Shown here: piece by piece, positions 9,963 through 21,178 of the stretch | Layout of the letters: every line of letters begins with the position of its first letter | Numbering within the stretch: position 1 is the stretch's first letter | Source of the DNA: Candidatus Dadabacteria bacterium | GTDB lineage: Bacteria > Desulfobacterota_D > UBA1144 > Nemesobacterales > CSP1-2 | Reading direction: 5' to 3' | Length of the DNA: 64,000 nt | Assembly (NCBI GenBank): GCA_963805855.1 | Contig: CAWDVW010000005.1 | Location: 352,001-416,000 of the forward strand | Translations under genes and position numbers: made by a program | Notes under the pieces: model-generated | What the model saw: only the letters and a program-made list of their open reading frames with translations | The model's database searches: none | Told to the model about the DNA's origin: nothing

Positions 9963-11069
9963 TTAAACGTTAAGTCTTGACCCCTCTATATATGCTCTTC
10001 CTGCTTTAATATGAAATATCTTTTTGGATCCCTTGTAATGTACTTCTCTCGCCGATGTCGCGGTTACAAAAACCTGTCCCAGAAATCCTTCGAGCAATTC
10101 AAATAGGAAATTTCTCCTCTTCTCATCAAGCTCGCTTGTTACGTCATCCAAAAGAAGGATAGGTGTTCTACCAAGCATGTTTCTCGTCAGCTCTATTTCG
10201 GCAGACTTTAGCGCCAGTGCAAGAGTTTTTGCCTCTCCCTGCGAGGCAAAACCCGATGAGTCCTTTCCATCTATCCTGAATTCAATTATGTCTCTGTGCG
10301 GTCCCACTGAAGTATGTCCAAGTCTTATATCCCTACCAATCCTTGAGCTGAGCTCATTCTTTAAAGATCCCTCAATTCCGCTCAAGAACCTGAATGTAGA
10401 TCCGTACTTAATAATAAGTCCCGAATCAATGCCGCTAAGCGATCTGTAAATAACCTCAACCTCAGGCTGGAGCTTTTTTATAAATGTTATTCTCCTTTCT
10501 ATTATTTTCCCGCCCAGCTCTGCAACCTTTGAATCCCAAACTTCCAGAGTTTCCCTTGAGAATTTATCCCTCTTTGTAAGCAATGCGTTCCTCTGGCTTA
10601 ACGCGCGGTAGTATGATTTGAGGTCCAATAAATGTTGAGGATCGAAAGTACATACAAGCGAGTCCAAATACTTTCTCCTGTTCTGGGGCGGACCCTTTAC
10701 CAAATCAATGTCCGTCGGCAAGAAAGTTACTACGTTAAACCTCCCGAGTGCCTTAGTCAAACTGTAAATTACCTTTCCATTGAGCTTTACTGCCTTCCCA
10801 GACTTTGTAAGTAGTATATATACTTCATTCAGCCCGGAATGGGTTTTGACCTCACCTTTTATCTTTCCCTGTAAATGTCCGAAACTGATAAGCTCCTCTG
10901 TCTTCAACTGTTTGAATGGCCTGAAAGTTAATAATAGGTGGACCGCCTCGAGGAGATTGGTTTTGCCCTGTGCATTGTCTCCATGAATAATGTTGAAACC
11001 TTCATGAAAGGTAAACAACTCTTCCTCATAATTTCTGAAGTTTTTAATGGTTAATGATTGTAGTATCAC
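9963..11069 (-). CDS. recF: DNA replication/repair protein RecF
   Basis: NFRNY, GDNAQGKTN Walker A, GPHRD, SQGE, LLLDDVTSELD; GTG start at 11069 assumed. Confidence 0.95.
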   Translation of the reverse strand: MILQSLTIKNFRNYEEELFTFHEGFNIIHGDNAQGKTNLLEAVHLLLTFRPFKQLKTEELISFGHLQGKIKGEVKTHSGLNEVYILLTKSGKAVKLNGKVIYSLTKALGRFNVVTFLPTDIDLVKGPPQNRRKYLDSLVCTFDPQHLLDLKSYYRALSQRNALLTKRDKFSRETLEVWDSKVAELGGKIIERRITFIKKLQPEVEVIYRSLSGIDSGLIIKYGSTFRFLSGIEGSLKNELSSRIGRDIRLGHTSVGPHRDIIEFRIDGKDSSGFASQGEAKTLALALKSAEIELTRNMLGRTPILLLDDVTSELDEKRRNFLFELLEGFLGQVFVTATSAREVHYKGSKKIFHIKAGRAYIEGSRLNV

Positions 11070-11187
11070 AGGAGTGCTGAAGTATGCGGCCAAAAACATT
11101 ATAATTTAGATTATTCTTTTAATCAATTATACTTTATTGACCTCTATAACAGCTGTCGGTATTATGTTTTTATCGGGTGATTTCAAA

Positions 11188-13350
11188 ATGCTGAACCTTA
11201 GAATTTCTGAAATATCAGTAAAGGACGCAGGAAAGGGATTTGCGAGAATCGATTCAAAGGATATGAACACACTCGGTGTGGATGACTGGGATTTGGTCGA
11301 AATCGGAGGTAAAAGGAAGACCGTTGTCAGGATCATGCCATTGGAGGAATCCGTCCAGGAAAAATCAATAATTCAGGTAGATGGAATAACTAGGGAAAAT
11401 GCCAAGGTAGGTATCAATGACCGCGTCAAAATAAAGAAGATTGAGACCAAAATTGCAACTAAGGTCGTCCTTGCTCCCCTAAACAACTCACTCCTGTTGA
11501 ACGGGGATGAAAAAAAGTATTTGTTAAATCGACTTGAGGGAGCGCCGGTCACTGTTGGTGATAGAGTTAGGATCGCGCTGCCCGGATCAAAAATCGAGGA
11601 ACTTTTGGTTCTTGGGACTATGCCGTCAGTATCAGGGGTAATAAGTTCAGCAACCAAGTTAACACTTAGAAAACAGCCGAAGGATAAGATTGATAGCGTA
11701 GGCGTTAGATATGAGGATATTGGTGGGCTAAAAGAACAGATCAGAAAAGTAAGGGAAATGGTCGAGCTCCCACTCAGATATCCTCAGGTATTTGAGAGGT
11801 TAGGCATAACCCCGCCGCGCGGTGTGCTATTAGTCGGTCCTCCCGGAAGCGGAAAGACGCTTCTGGCTAAGGCAATCGCTCATGAAACTAATGTCAACTT
11901 CCAAGTAATTAACGGGCCAGAGATTATCCATAAATTCTATGGCGAGAGTGAGGCTCGCCTGAGAGATATCTTCGAGGTTGCGTCAAGAAATCAACCATCG
12001 ATTATCTTCCTCGACGAGCTGGATGCCATTGCGCCAAAAAGGGAGAAGGTATCTGGAGACGTAGAGAAACGGGTCGTTGCTCAACTACTTGCAATAATGG
12101 ATGGACTGAAGAATAAAGGAAGGGTGGTCGTAATAGGGGCTACAAACCTTCCGAGTATGCTTGACCCGGCACTGAGGAGACCGGGTAGGTTTGACAGGGA
12201 AGTGAGTTTGGACGTTCCCGATAGAAACGGAAGGCTGGAGATATTTGAGGTGCACACCCGTGGAATGCCAATTGCCCCTGAAAGAGAAATAGACCTTGAG
12301 AGGCTTGCCGATCTAACGCATGGTTTCGTCGGCGCGGACATTGAAAACCTATGCAGGGAAGCTGCCATGAAGGCCCTTCGGGATACGATCCCAGATATAG
12401 ACTTCGAAGGTGGTTCTTTGGGGTATGAAGCTCTCCTGGATCTGAATGTTGAAATGGAACATTTTATGGAGGCGTTAAGAGAGGTCGAGCCATCCGCTAT
12501 AAGAGAAATCATTGTAGACATTCCAAAAGTAAATCCGGAAGATGTCGGGGGCCTCGATGATATTGTGGGTAGACTCACCGAAGCGGTAATCTGGCCTCTT
12601 AAGTATAAGGAGCTTTTCGAGATAACCGGAACAAAAGCGCCAAAGGGAATACTACTTTACGGACCCCCCGGCACTGGTAAAACGCTGCTGGCAAAGTCAA
12701 TTGCGAATCAAAGTGGGCTGAACTTCATTTCGGTAAAGGGCGCTGAGCTTTTGTCAAAATATGTGGGAGAATCGGAAAGAGCGGTCAGAGAAGTCTTTAA
12801 AAAGGCAAAGCAGGTTTCACCGTGCATAATTTTCTTTGATGAGATCGACGCACTTGCACCCTGTCGTTCAGCGACCGAAGGTAACCATGTTGCCGAAAGG
12901 GTTGTCAGTCAGCTTCTAACAGAAATGGATGGGGTCGAGGAGCTTACGGGTGTTTCGGTAATTGCCGCTACAAACAGGGTAGATATAGTGGATCCCGCGC
13001 TATTAAGGTCAGGAAGATTCGACCTATTTTTATCGATACCTCTCCCAGATGAACATGCATTAGTCGAAATACTAAAGATACATACCCGAAACAAACCACT
13101 AGCAAGCGACGTCAACCTTAAAGAGCTGTCCAGGGAGATCCAGGGGTTTTCCGGTGCGGATGTTGAATTGTTGTGCCAAAAAGCCTCACTTATTGCGATA
13201 AGAAAGCATTTGAAAAAGGGAAAGGGGGTTTTAAAAATTACGCGGAATCATTTCGAAGAAGCCTTAGATGAGATGGCCAAGCTAAATGGATTCATTTTCC
13301 CAAAGCGTTCTGATCCCGGAAGGATCTCTGGAACTCACCAAAGTGCTTAA
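11188..13350 (+). CDS. CDC48/VCP-family AAA+ ATPase (N domain plus two AAA modules)
   Basis: YEDIGG, GPPGSGKT, FLDELD, DPALRRPGRFDRE; second GPPGTGKT, FFDEID, DPALLRSGRFD; ATG 11188 assumed. Confidence 0.93.
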   Translation: MLNLRISEISVKDAGKGFARIDSKDMNTLGVDDWDLVEIGGKRKTVVRIMPLEESVQEKSIIQVDGITRENAKVGINDRVKIKKIETKIATKVVLAPLNNSLLLNGDEKKYLLNRLEGAPVTVGDRVRIALPGSKIEELLVLGTMPSVSGVISSATKLTLRKQPKDKIDSVGVRYEDIGGLKEQIRKVREMVELPLRYPQVFERLGITPPRGVLLVGPPGSGKTLLAKAIAHETNVNFQVINGPEIIHKFYGESEARLRDIFEVASRNQPSIIFLDELDAIAPKREKVSGDVEKRVVAQLLAIMDGLKNKGRVVVIGATNLPSMLDPALRRPGRFDREVSLDVPDRNGRLEIFEVHTRGMPIAPEREIDLERLADLTHGFVGADIENLCREAAMKALRDTIPDIDFEGGSLGYEALLDLNVEMEHFMEALREVEPSAIREIIVDIPKVNPEDVGGLDDIVGRLTEAVIWPLKYKELFEITGTKAPKGILLYGPPGTGKTLLAKSIANQSGLNFISVKGAELLSKYVGESERAVREVFKKAKQVSPCIIFFDEIDALAPCRSATEGNHVAERVVSQLLTEMDGVEELTGVSVIAATNRVDIVDPALLRSGRFDLFLSIPLPDEHALVEILKIHTRNKPLASDVNLKELSREIQGFSGADVELLCQKASLIAIRKHLKKGKGVLKITRNHFEEALDEMAKLNGFIFPKRSDPGRISGTHQSA

Positions 13351-14176
13351 TGACCCTCTCATTTTACTCATACTTTCATTCATTTTCGGCACCTTTTTGG
13401 GAAGCTTTCTAAATGTCTGTATTTACAGGGTGCCAAACGGAATTTCAATTATCCATCCTCGATCACATTGCATATCATGTAAAACGCCTCTAAGATTCTA
13501 TAACAACATCCCGGTTATAAGCTTTCTTTTGATCCGTGGGAGGTGTAAGAACTGTAACGCCAGGATTTCACCAAGGTATTTGATCGTGGAGATTCTATCG
13601 GGGATTATCTGTGCTTTATCCGTCTGGGAATTTGGTATCACGCTTCAGACACTCTTCTACTTAATATTCTTGTTTTGCCTCGTTGTCGTTACATTCATTG
13701 ATATTGAACATATGATTATTCCCAACGTAATTACCATCCCCGGCATATTCATCGGAATTGTGTATGGTGTCATTAGAACTGACTGGGCCAATCTTACGAT
13801 ATTTCTCACAGATTCTAATGCGCATCCCTACAAGATCGCCTCAATAATCGTAAGTCAGCCGGCATTCGATTCTATTTTCGGGGCAATACTGGGAGGGGGT
13901 CTCCTTTACATAATAGCACTAATATACTTTATATTAAGAAAAAGAGAGGGGATGGGTATGGGAGATGTGAAGCTCCTCGCGATGATAGGCGCCTTTCTCG
14001 GCTGGAAGAGTATAATCTATGTTACCCTCATCAGTTCCGTACTCGGGACGATTGTCGGGATAGCAATAATAATTTATAAGAGAGGTGACATAAGCTACGC
14101 GCTGCCTTTCGGCCCTTTCCTTTCGTTAGCTGCAGCGCTATACCTCTTCATAAGCCAAGCATATCCCAGAATCTAA
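13343..14176 (+). CDS. pilD: Prepilin peptidase (A24)
   Basis: GSFLNVCIYR, two CxxC pairs, FIDIEH, GMGMGDVKL, PFGPFL; GTG start overlapping the upstream stop. Confidence 0.93.
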   Translation: MLNDPLILLILSFIFGTFLGSFLNVCIYRVPNGISIIHPRSHCISCKTPLRFYNNIPVISFLLIRGRCKNCNARISPRYLIVEILSGIICALSVWEFGITLQTLFYLIFLFCLVVVTFIDIEHMIIPNVITIPGIFIGIVYGVIRTDWANLTIFLTDSNAHPYKIASIIVSQPAFDSIFGAILGGGLLYIIALIYFILRKREGMGMGDVKLLAMIGAFLGWKSIIYVTLISSVLGTIVGIAIIIYKRGDISYALPFGPFLSLAAALYLFISQAYPRI

Positions 14177-14227
14177 ATGCGATTAAATTATCACATTTTC
14201 TTCTAAAATATTTTATAATGAATCGAC

Positions 14228-15709
14228 ATGCGGGAAATAGGACTTAGGGCAGAGATACTGATTAATATCCTATTCCTAGCAGCTGTTGCAATGCTGTTGA
14301 TAGGCATTATCGCATTCATCGTTACTGGTCGATCTGCCCTTCAAGGGAAAATAAATAGCGTAAAATCTACTATCACGGCATTCAATTCACTCTACTCTAA
14401 CGAATCAGAAATGGAAAAGGGTATCAATTTTCTAAAGGATGTTCTTGGTCCCAATTCATGGGGGACGATATCAGAGAAAAATGGCAAACGGATTTCATTT
14501 AATGCTGAATCAGATAACAATTCGGGCGTTTCAGCCGATCCACGAATCCTCGAAGTTATGAAAAGCGGGGAAACCATAATCGATGTAGATGGAATCAATA
14601 TGCCGCCTTTTTCCTATTATAAGGGATTTAGGATTATCTCCCCCATCATGAATGGAAGAACTCAAGTTGGTGTTGTTCTTCTTTATCAACCACTGTTATC
14701 CCTGGAAAAAGAAACAATCTCCGGCCAGCTACTCATTTCTATCTCAATACTCATGAATTTGATTATTATCGGCATCTACGGTCTATACACTTTGTCGAGA
14801 AGGGTGATAAACCCCGTGCAAAAGCTTATCAAAACGACAGATTATATAAGTAGGGGCGAGTTCCCCGACAATCTTGATTTGGGAGGAGTTAAAGAAATTA
14901 ATCAGCTATATACCGCGCTGAGGAGTATGTACGAGGAAATTGAGAATACCAAGAAAAGCCTGAAAAATAATATCCGGGCACTGGAGGAATCGAACCGAGA
15001 ATTGGTCAAAACCCAGAGAGAGCTTATTGCCTCAGAGAAGCTCGCTTCTCTTGGAAGGCTAGGCGCAGGGGTTGCGCATGAAATTGGAAATCCCCTATCA
15101 GCAATAAGAGGCTATATCGAGGTATTAAAGAGGGGATACCTACACGATGAAAGAAAAGCAAGTGAGTTCCTCGACAACATACATAAAGAGGTGGAAAGAA
15201 TCGATAGAATTATCCGAACCCTCATCGACTACTCCCGGAAGAGAGACTTCGAATTGAAGAAGATAGACGTTAATGACGTGATCAAGCACTCTGTCGAAAT
15301 TATAAAAAGCCAAGGTTTGTTGAGAAAGATAGACCTTAGATTGGGGCTCTCGGATAAACCTCTTATTACAAGGGCTGATTATCATCAATTATCGCAGGTA
15401 ATAATAAATCTTATTCTAAATTCAAGAGACGCAATAAATGGAGACGGTATAATAGAAATAAAGACAAACGAAAAACAGGATGGAACGATTGAATTTAGCT
15501 TAAAGGACAACGGTTGCGGTATCCCGGAAGAAATAATCGAAAAAATTTTCGATCCGTTTTTCACGACGAAAGAGCCCGGAATGGGAACCGGTTTAGGGCT
15601 ATCCGTGTCGGAAAGAATTCTTCAGGGATTCGATGCGCATATATCGGCAAAAAGTAAACCGGGATCGGGAACTACTTTCACAATAGTATTCCCAAACATG
15701 GGGGGGTAA
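14228..15709 (+). CDS. Membrane sensor histidine kinase (HAMP, NtrB/PilS-like)
   Basis: Two TM helices, AHEIGNPL H-box, [29 protein letters not shown]. Confidence 0.92.
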   Translation: MREIGLRAEILINILFLAAVAMLLIGIIAFIVTGRSALQGKINSVKSTITAFNSLYSNESEMEKGINFLKDVLGPNSWGTISEKNGKRISFNAESDNNSGVSADPRILEVMKSGETIIDVDGINMPPFSYYKGFRIISPIMNGRTQVGVVLLYQPLLSLEKETISGQLLISISILMNLIIIGIYGLYTLSRRVINPVQKLIKTTDYISRGEFPDNLDLGGVKEINQLYTALRSMYEEIENTKKSLKNNIRALEESNRELVKTQRELIASEKLASLGRLGAGVAHEIGNPLSAIRGYIEVLKRGYLHDERKASEFLDNIHKEVERIDRIIRTLIDYSRKRDFELKKIDVNDVIKHSVEIIKSQGLLRKIDLRLGLSDKPLITRADYHQLSQVIINLILNSRDAINGDGIIEIKTNEKQDGTIEFSLKDNGCGIPEEIIEKIFDPFFTTKEPGMGTGLGLSVSERILQGFDAHISAKSKPGSGTTFTIVFPNMGG

Positions 15710-15714
15710 TTGCT

Positions 15715-17076
15715 ATGTACAGCGTCCTGATAATCGATGACGAAATTGGCATTCGAGAATCCCTCTCTTTAATTCTCAAGATGGAGGGATTCGAAGTTGA
15801 ATGTGCTGAGAGTGGAACATCGGGCCTTCGACTCTTAGACAGTGGGAAATATTACGACTATATAATCTGCGATGTAAAGATGCCAGGTATGGACGGCATA
15901 CAATTTCTCAAAGAGATCCAAAGCCGCGATTCGGGTTCCATCTTGATAATGATAACTGCATATGGGACTCTGGAGACCTCCATTGAAGCAATTAAGGCAG
16001 GCGCCTCGGAATACATCAGCAAACCTATAAACACCGAGGAATTACTACTCAGAATGGCTATGGCTAGAGAGAGGGAAAAACTGAAGAAGGAAAATCTGTA
16101 TCTCCGCAAGGAACTCGGAAAGGACGATGGCTTCGAAGAAATATTGTTTGAGAGTGACAAAATGGGAGAGGTGATAGCTCTCGCCAGAAAGGCATCTCAG
16201 TTCAAAACTACAGTCCTCATTACTGGCGAAAGCGGAACAGGGAAAGAATTAATTGCGAGAGCAATTCATCGTGCGAGTCCGAGAAAAGAGGAATCATTCG
16301 TAGCTATCAACTGCTCGGCTATCCCCGAGCAACTATTGGAAAGCGAACTCTTCGGTTACGTGAAAGGCGCATTCAGTGGCGCGGATAAAACAAAAAGGGG
16401 TCTTTTTGAAGAAGCCCATGGAGGAACACTCTTACTTGACGAGATCGGAGAGCTGCCTCTACAACTCCAGACAAAGCTTTTGCGAGTATTACAGGAAGAG
16501 GAAATCAGACGGCTTGGAGATACAAAGACTATCAAAATTGATGTGAGAATTATAGCGGCAACATCCAGTAATCTAAACCAAGGTATAGAGTTAGGGAAAT
16601 TCAGAAGCGAGTTATTCTATCGTCTAAACGTACTGCCGATTCATATTCCGCCGCTAAGGGAAAGGAAAGAGGACATCAGATGCCTTGTCGATCATTTCAT
16701 AAAAAAATTCAGAGCTAAAATTAATCCAAGGATAAAGGGCGTCAGCGACGCTGTCATGTCTGAGATATTAGATTATCCATGGTACGGAAACGTGAGAGAG
16801 CTCGAAAATGTTATCGAAAGGGGTGTAATTCTCACCGATTCCGACATTATCCAGCATTTAGATTTGGTGGCTAGGAATAATGAAAAGGGTGAAGATTTTC
16901 GTCGAGATTCTTTTTCACTTGGAGAAGCTTGGCAAAGATTGGAAAAGTATTACATAAAAAAGGCTCTATTCGAGGCGAAAGGCAACCGTACTGAGGCAGC
17001 AAAGCTTTTGGGCTTAAGCCGACGCTCTCTCCATTATAAGCTAAAACATCATGGACAAACAGAAGAGGAAGAGTAA
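15715..17076 (+). CDS. Sigma-54-dependent response regulator (NtrC/PilR-like)
   Basis: Receiver domain, GESGTGKE, ELFGYVKGAFSGA, WYGNVREL, Fis-type HTH. Confidence 0.93.
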   Translation: MYSVLIIDDEIGIRESLSLILKMEGFEVECAESGTSGLRLLDSGKYYDYIICDVKMPGMDGIQFLKEIQSRDSGSILIMITAYGTLETSIEAIKAGASEYISKPINTEELLLRMAMAREREKLKKENLYLRKELGKDDGFEEILFESDKMGEVIALARKASQFKTTVLITGESGTGKELIARAIHRASPRKEESFVAINCSAIPEQLLESELFGYVKGAFSGADKTKRGLFEEAHGGTLLLDEIGELPLQLQTKLLRVLQEEEIRRLGDTKTIKIDVRIIAATSSNLNQGIELGKFRSELFYRLNVLPIHIPPLRERKEDIRCLVDHFIKKFRAKINPRIKGVSDAVMSEILDYPWYGNVRELENVIERGVILTDSDIIQHLDLVARNNEKGEDFRRDSFSLGEAWQRLEKYYIKKALFEAKGNRTEAAKLLGLSRRSLHYKLKHHGQTEEEE

Positions 17077-17114
17077 AAGAATTTCTTTTATTTAGTCCAG
17101 CCAGAGTTCATAAC

Positions 17115-17337
17115 CCATCTTCCGACCGCCTTTTGTCATTTCGAATGAATATGAGAAATCTTTCCTTTCTCTTTTGCTCTTGCCGACAGAACTACAAGAT
17201 CTCTCACATCCGTTCGAGATGACATGTTGTGTCGGTTCGATATGACAGGGTTTGGGCAGCCTTGATCGTCATTGCTGACTGAAGAGGCTTTTTGTTTACG
17301 TGTTGGTATTTTGCAGCTTGCTGCAGAGTTATTCATT
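17115..17337 (-). mobile_element. Non-autonomous composite repeat element (partial copy)
   Basis: 17115-17224 is the reverse complement of 44267-44374; 17305-17337 is the reverse complement of the AATGAA..CTGCAGCAAGCTGCA left end seen at 32981 and 43882. Confidence 0.7.
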
Positions 17338-17661
17338 GTGACGAAGAAACCCGAGGAATCACTCGAGTACAGAAGGACCACGTGCATCATACCTTAAAAA
17401 TCAATCGAACGTTTTATACGACTCATTGCACTATCAATTCATAAATCGCTATACCGTTTAATGCAAATCACCGTACGCGAGGCATTAATGCTTATTGACT
17501 TAAAGACTATCGGTCATCTATACCTAGAGGTAAAGCCTGCAAAAATTGTACTTGCCTTATTGTTTTAAATGAAGTTATAATAAATATTCAGATAGGGAAT
17601 TTCAATCCCAGGGTATCGTAAATAAGCATATCCTCGGATCTAATCAAGGCACCAAAGTGGA

Positions 17662-18354
17662 GTGGGCATAATAAAAAGGCCAGCGAAGAAGGAAATGGAT
17701 AGTATTAGAGATTATAAGTCCTGGAGAGACAGGTACAACGAAATTGTAAAACTAAAAAAAAGATCCAACCGCTTGCCAAGTCTAAAACCCTCTGCGATGG
17801 GTACTAACCAATACGTTTTAGCTTCATGGCTTGCAAGGCAAAGGAAAAACAAGCGTAACGGATTACTGACTAAAAGACAGATTGAACTACTAGAGTCACT
17901 AGGTGTTGTTTGGAATCCAACTAAGGAAAATAGGAGCAGATGGGAAGAGCAATTGCAAAAATTAATCGAATTTAGAAAGAACAACCCCGACAGATGGCCC
18001 AGTAAGGACGCAAAGGATAAGAACGAAAGAACGATAGCTTTTTGGTGTCATAACAATAGGATGTGGTATCAAGGAAAATTGAGAGAAGTAGGGGAATACC
18101 CCAAATATAGAAAGAATAAATTAGATAAAATTGGGTTCCTCTGGTTCCCAGATGCTAGAAATAAGAGATGGCAAAAAAAGTACGAAGAACTTAAAAGATT
18201 CAGACAAAAAAATCCGGATAGATGGCCCCCGGTCAGCATGTACCCATTGTATAAATGGCTTTTTAAGCAGAAAATCAGATATCGCAGCGGTATATTGCAG
18301 GACGATAGGATTGATCTGCTCAATAAATTAGGAGTCGAATGGAATACAAGTTGA
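17662..18354 (+). CDS. Stand-alone helicase-associated (HA) domain repeat protein
   Basis: Three repeats W...Y/L..L..F...LxxW...QR....G.L...R...L..LG..W. Confidence 0.8.
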   Translation: MGIIKRPAKKEMDSIRDYKSWRDRYNEIVKLKKRSNRLPSLKPSAMGTNQYVLASWLARQRKNKRNGLLTKRQIELLESLGVVWNPTKENRSRWEEQLQKLIEFRKNNPDRWPSKDAKDKNERTIAFWCHNNRMWYQGKLREVGEYPKYRKNKLDKIGFLWFPDARNKRWQKKYEELKRFRQKNPDRWPPVSMYPLYKWLFKQKIRYRSGILQDDRIDLLNKLGVEWNTS

Positions 18355-18474
18355 AGCCACCCTGCCAAAGTAAAAGCGAAGAAAAAGCAAAAAGGGAAAA
18401 GATAATCTTCCACATCAAAAAGTATGCTATCATTGTGACACGGAATAGGCTAATGCTGATTAGTCATCATAATT

Positions 18475-19776
18475 TTACAATTCCTCAATCCTAATAAAAA
18501 TACTTTTGGATTTTACAACTTGGAGATTGTCGATAGCTTTAAGAGAGGAAAGTAAATCCCTTTCTTTTGCTTCATGAGTCATCATTACTACAGGAACCTC
18601 TCCTCCCCCCAAATGCCTTCCCTTCTGAATAACGGATTCAATGCTAATATTATTTTGTCCTAAACATCCAGTAATCTGCCCCAGTACACCCGGCCTGTCC
18701 TCGACCTGGAACCGCAGATAATATTTCGTTGTGATCTCCGACATCGGGATGAGAAAAGAGGAATTTTTATTGTTATAGAATTTGGGTAGAGATGCACACG
18801 AATCGCCCGTTTCTATGTTTTTGGCAATTTGAACAACATCACTTAAAACGGCGCTTGCAGTAGGCATCATCCCTGCGCCCATTCCATAAAGCATGGTGGG
18901 GCCAACCGAATCTCCGACAATATAAATCGCATTAAACACTCCCGAGACATCTGCGATTTGGGTCCCCTTTTGAACAAGTGTCGGATATACACCGGCTTCT
19001 ATCCCTCCATCTCTAGACTTGGCTATAGCAAGAAGCTTTATCTTATAACCGAGTTCATCCGCAAAAGAAATGTCAATCGGAGTTATCTCGCGGATTCCCT
19101 CAACATAGATTTTCTTGAAATCTAGAAATACCCCAAAAGATAACATTATGAGTATGGAGAGCTTATGGGCCGCATCTATCCCATCGATGTCAAAAGAAGG
19201 GTCGGCTTCAGCATAACCCTCGATTTGAGCCTGTCTGAGTACATCATCAAACTCTTTTCCTTCCTCGGTCATCCTGGAGAGTATATAGTTTGACGTACCG
19301 TTCATTATCCCATGAATAGAAAGAATTTTGTTTGCTATAAATCCCTCTTTAATAGCCTTGATTACTGGTATCCCACCTCCGACACTTGCCTCGAAACCAA
19401 TATTAACCCCCTTTTTCTTAGCAGCACTGAATATCTCCTTTCCATGATGTGCTATGAGCGCCTTATTTGCTGTCACAACATTCTTACCCTTCTCTATTGC
19501 CCCTAAAATAAGATCTTTAGCCACAGTAGTACCGCCTACAAGTTCGATAACAATAGATATAGAGCTATCTTCAATCAACTCTCGAGCATCTGTTGTAAAT
19601 AATGATTTAGGTATATTTACCGGCCTTTTTCTATCGGGATCTATATCAGCTATTCTCTTTAACTCAATCCTTATTCCAGTTCTTTTCTGTATAATATCCA
19701 GATTCTGACCGAGCACCTTGATGACTCCGCATCCAACCGTACCAGCCCCAATTAACCCGACATTAATGACATTCAT
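18475..19776 (-). CDS. hom: Homoserine dehydrogenase with ACT domain
   Basis: GAGTVG, VVTANKA, FEASVGGGIP, GYAEADP, DRPGVL ACT domain; AAGGAG RBS. Confidence 0.96.
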   Translation of the reverse strand: MNVINVGLIGAGTVGCGVIKVLGQNLDIIQKRTGIRIELKRIADIDPDRKRPVNIPKSLFTTDARELIEDSSISIVIELVGGTTVAKDLILGAIEKGKNVVTANKALIAHHGKEIFSAAKKKGVNIGFEASVGGGIPVIKAIKEGFIANKILSIHGIMNGTSNYILSRMTEEGKEFDDVLRQAQIEGYAEADPSFDIDGIDAAHKLSILIMLSFGVFLDFKKIYVEGIREITPIDISFADELGYKIKLLAIAKSRDGGIEAGVYPTLVQKGTQIADVSGVFNAIYIVGDSVGPTMLYGMGAGMMPTASAVLSDVVQIAKNIETGDSCASLPKFYNNKNSSFLIPMSEITTKYYLRFQVEDRPGVLGQITGCLGQNNISIESVIQKGRHLGGGEVPVVMMTHEAKERDLLSSLKAIDNLQVVKSKSIFIRIEEL

Positions 19777-19842
19777 CAATCATTCTCCTTGGTACACGAG
19801 TGACATTGCTGATTTTAATCGAACAATTATACATTATTAAAT

Positions 19843-19871
19843 TTGACAATAAATCAAAGAGGGCTTAAATT
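19843..19871 (+). promoter_or_regulatory. Sigma-70 promoter of tRNA-Ala
   Basis: TTGACA-17 nt-TAAATT just upstream of the tRNA. Confidence 0.6.
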
Positions 19872-19884
19872 AATGACAATCAGT

Positions 19885-19960
19885 GGGGCCGTAGCTCAGT
19901 TGGGAGAGCGCATGAATGGCATTCATGAGGTCGAGGGTTCAACTCCCTTCGGCTCCACCA
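19885..19960 (+). tRNA. tRNA-Ala (GGC)
   Basis: 76-nt cloverleaf GGGGCCG/CGGCTCC with G3:U70, anticodon loop ATGGCAT, TTCAACT T-loop, encoded CCA. Confidence 0.98.
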
Positions 19961-20063
19961 GTCATTACAGTATCAGAATTTGCGGATGTTACCCTTTTCC
20001 CAGTATCGCATTCCGGACAAATAATCATTCTGAGCCCTTTTCGGGATCTCTTGTGATATGTGG

Positions 20064-20139
20064 AGCGGGGTTGGAAGACCCCGACTATCGATATGTGATG
20101 ATAAGATAATCGATAGTCGGGACTTTCCAGTCCCGATTA
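20064..20139. repeat. REP doublet (REPIN-like), copy 1
   Basis: Two oppositely oriented hairpins cggggttggaagaccccg / cgggactttccagtcccg; 37 bp (20103-20139) identical to 23841-23877. Confidence 0.8.
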
Positions 20140-20221
20140 ATCAGCGATTAAGGGCAATAGCTACGGACTGATGAGGCCATCAGTCCCTACATTTAATTTT
20201 TATAAACGAAATTAGTCGGAA

Positions 20222-20443
20222 TCAGTTTTCAAACTTATTGCAGGATTCGTCGACCTTTCCGGTGGTCCTGTCAACGCATACAAGGCAGGTATAATAACTC
20301 CCGTCCGTCAACATAGTGTCCTCTTGGGGATAACAAAAATATCTATCGATCGAATCGGAAAAGGATTCCCTGCCGAAATAGGCAACCAATAATACAGCCA
20401 CAATTAAACCGATGAACACATAGATCAGAGCGCTACTTCGCAT
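20222..20443 (-). CDS. Small membrane-anchored Cys-containing hypothetical protein
   Basis: N-terminal hydrophobic helix, 4 Cys including CxxC. Confidence 0.55.
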   Translation of the reverse strand: MRSSALIYVFIGLIVAVLLVAYFGRESFSDSIDRYFCYPQEDTMLTDGSYYTCLVCVDRTTGKVDESCNKFEN

Positions 20444-20659
20444 AGAAGACTATTATTAATCAAATAAATGAACTGTCAACCGCTTTAAAACAGCGCCTTG
20501 AGACAAAACATAGGCAATGCCAAAGACTTCTCCTTATGAAAACGAAACAAAAAAGAAAACAATGCGTTAATACTATTGTTATCTGAATATTTACTGTTTA
20601 AAATAAAACACGGAGAGTTCCGGATTAAGATTTTTACGTATAGCGTCAAAGGAGAGGAA

Positions 20660-21016
20660 ATGCCTCAATTGAATAGATCCATACTATGGACATCATTTTT
20701 AATTATGGTTTGCTTCCCGATACTATTTCTTGGATCTTGTGCATCAGTCAGAAGTAACGGGATATCCAAGGTTACAGTTCCAGAGATTATCGAGATGACA
20801 AAGGCTGGAGCCAGTGACCAGGAAATAATAAATGAAATTGAACAATCTAAGACAGTCTATAAGCTCGACGGCAACGCATATGCACGTTTGAGGCAAATAG
20901 GCATCTCTGACAATGTGATTAATTATATGCAAGAGACATATACTAATAAAATACAGAATAAGCAGGATCGCGATGAGGACTGGGAGATGTGGAACATAGA
21001 AGACGCAGGTTATTAA
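20660..21016 (+). CDS. Hypothetical lipoprotein
   Basis: GGAG RBS, lipobox LGSC, II.M.KAG.SD..II helical repeats. Confidence 0.75.
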   Translation: MPQLNRSILWTSFLIMVCFPILFLGSCASVRSNGISKVTVPEIIEMTKAGASDQEIINEIEQSKTVYKLDGNAYARLRQIGISDNVINYMQETYTNKIQNKQDRDEDWEMWNIEDAGY

Positions 21017-21178
21017 GTAGGTTGGTTGAAATTCCTTATTTTTATTCTCAATAAATGATCTGATCTCAAATCGTATTATTAATGTCGGATACCTTTTTTA
21101 CTCCGGGAGCGTTAAAAAATAAGGAACAAAATAAAATAATATTTGGGTAGTATACTAAAGAAGGATGGAGGTCATTGG

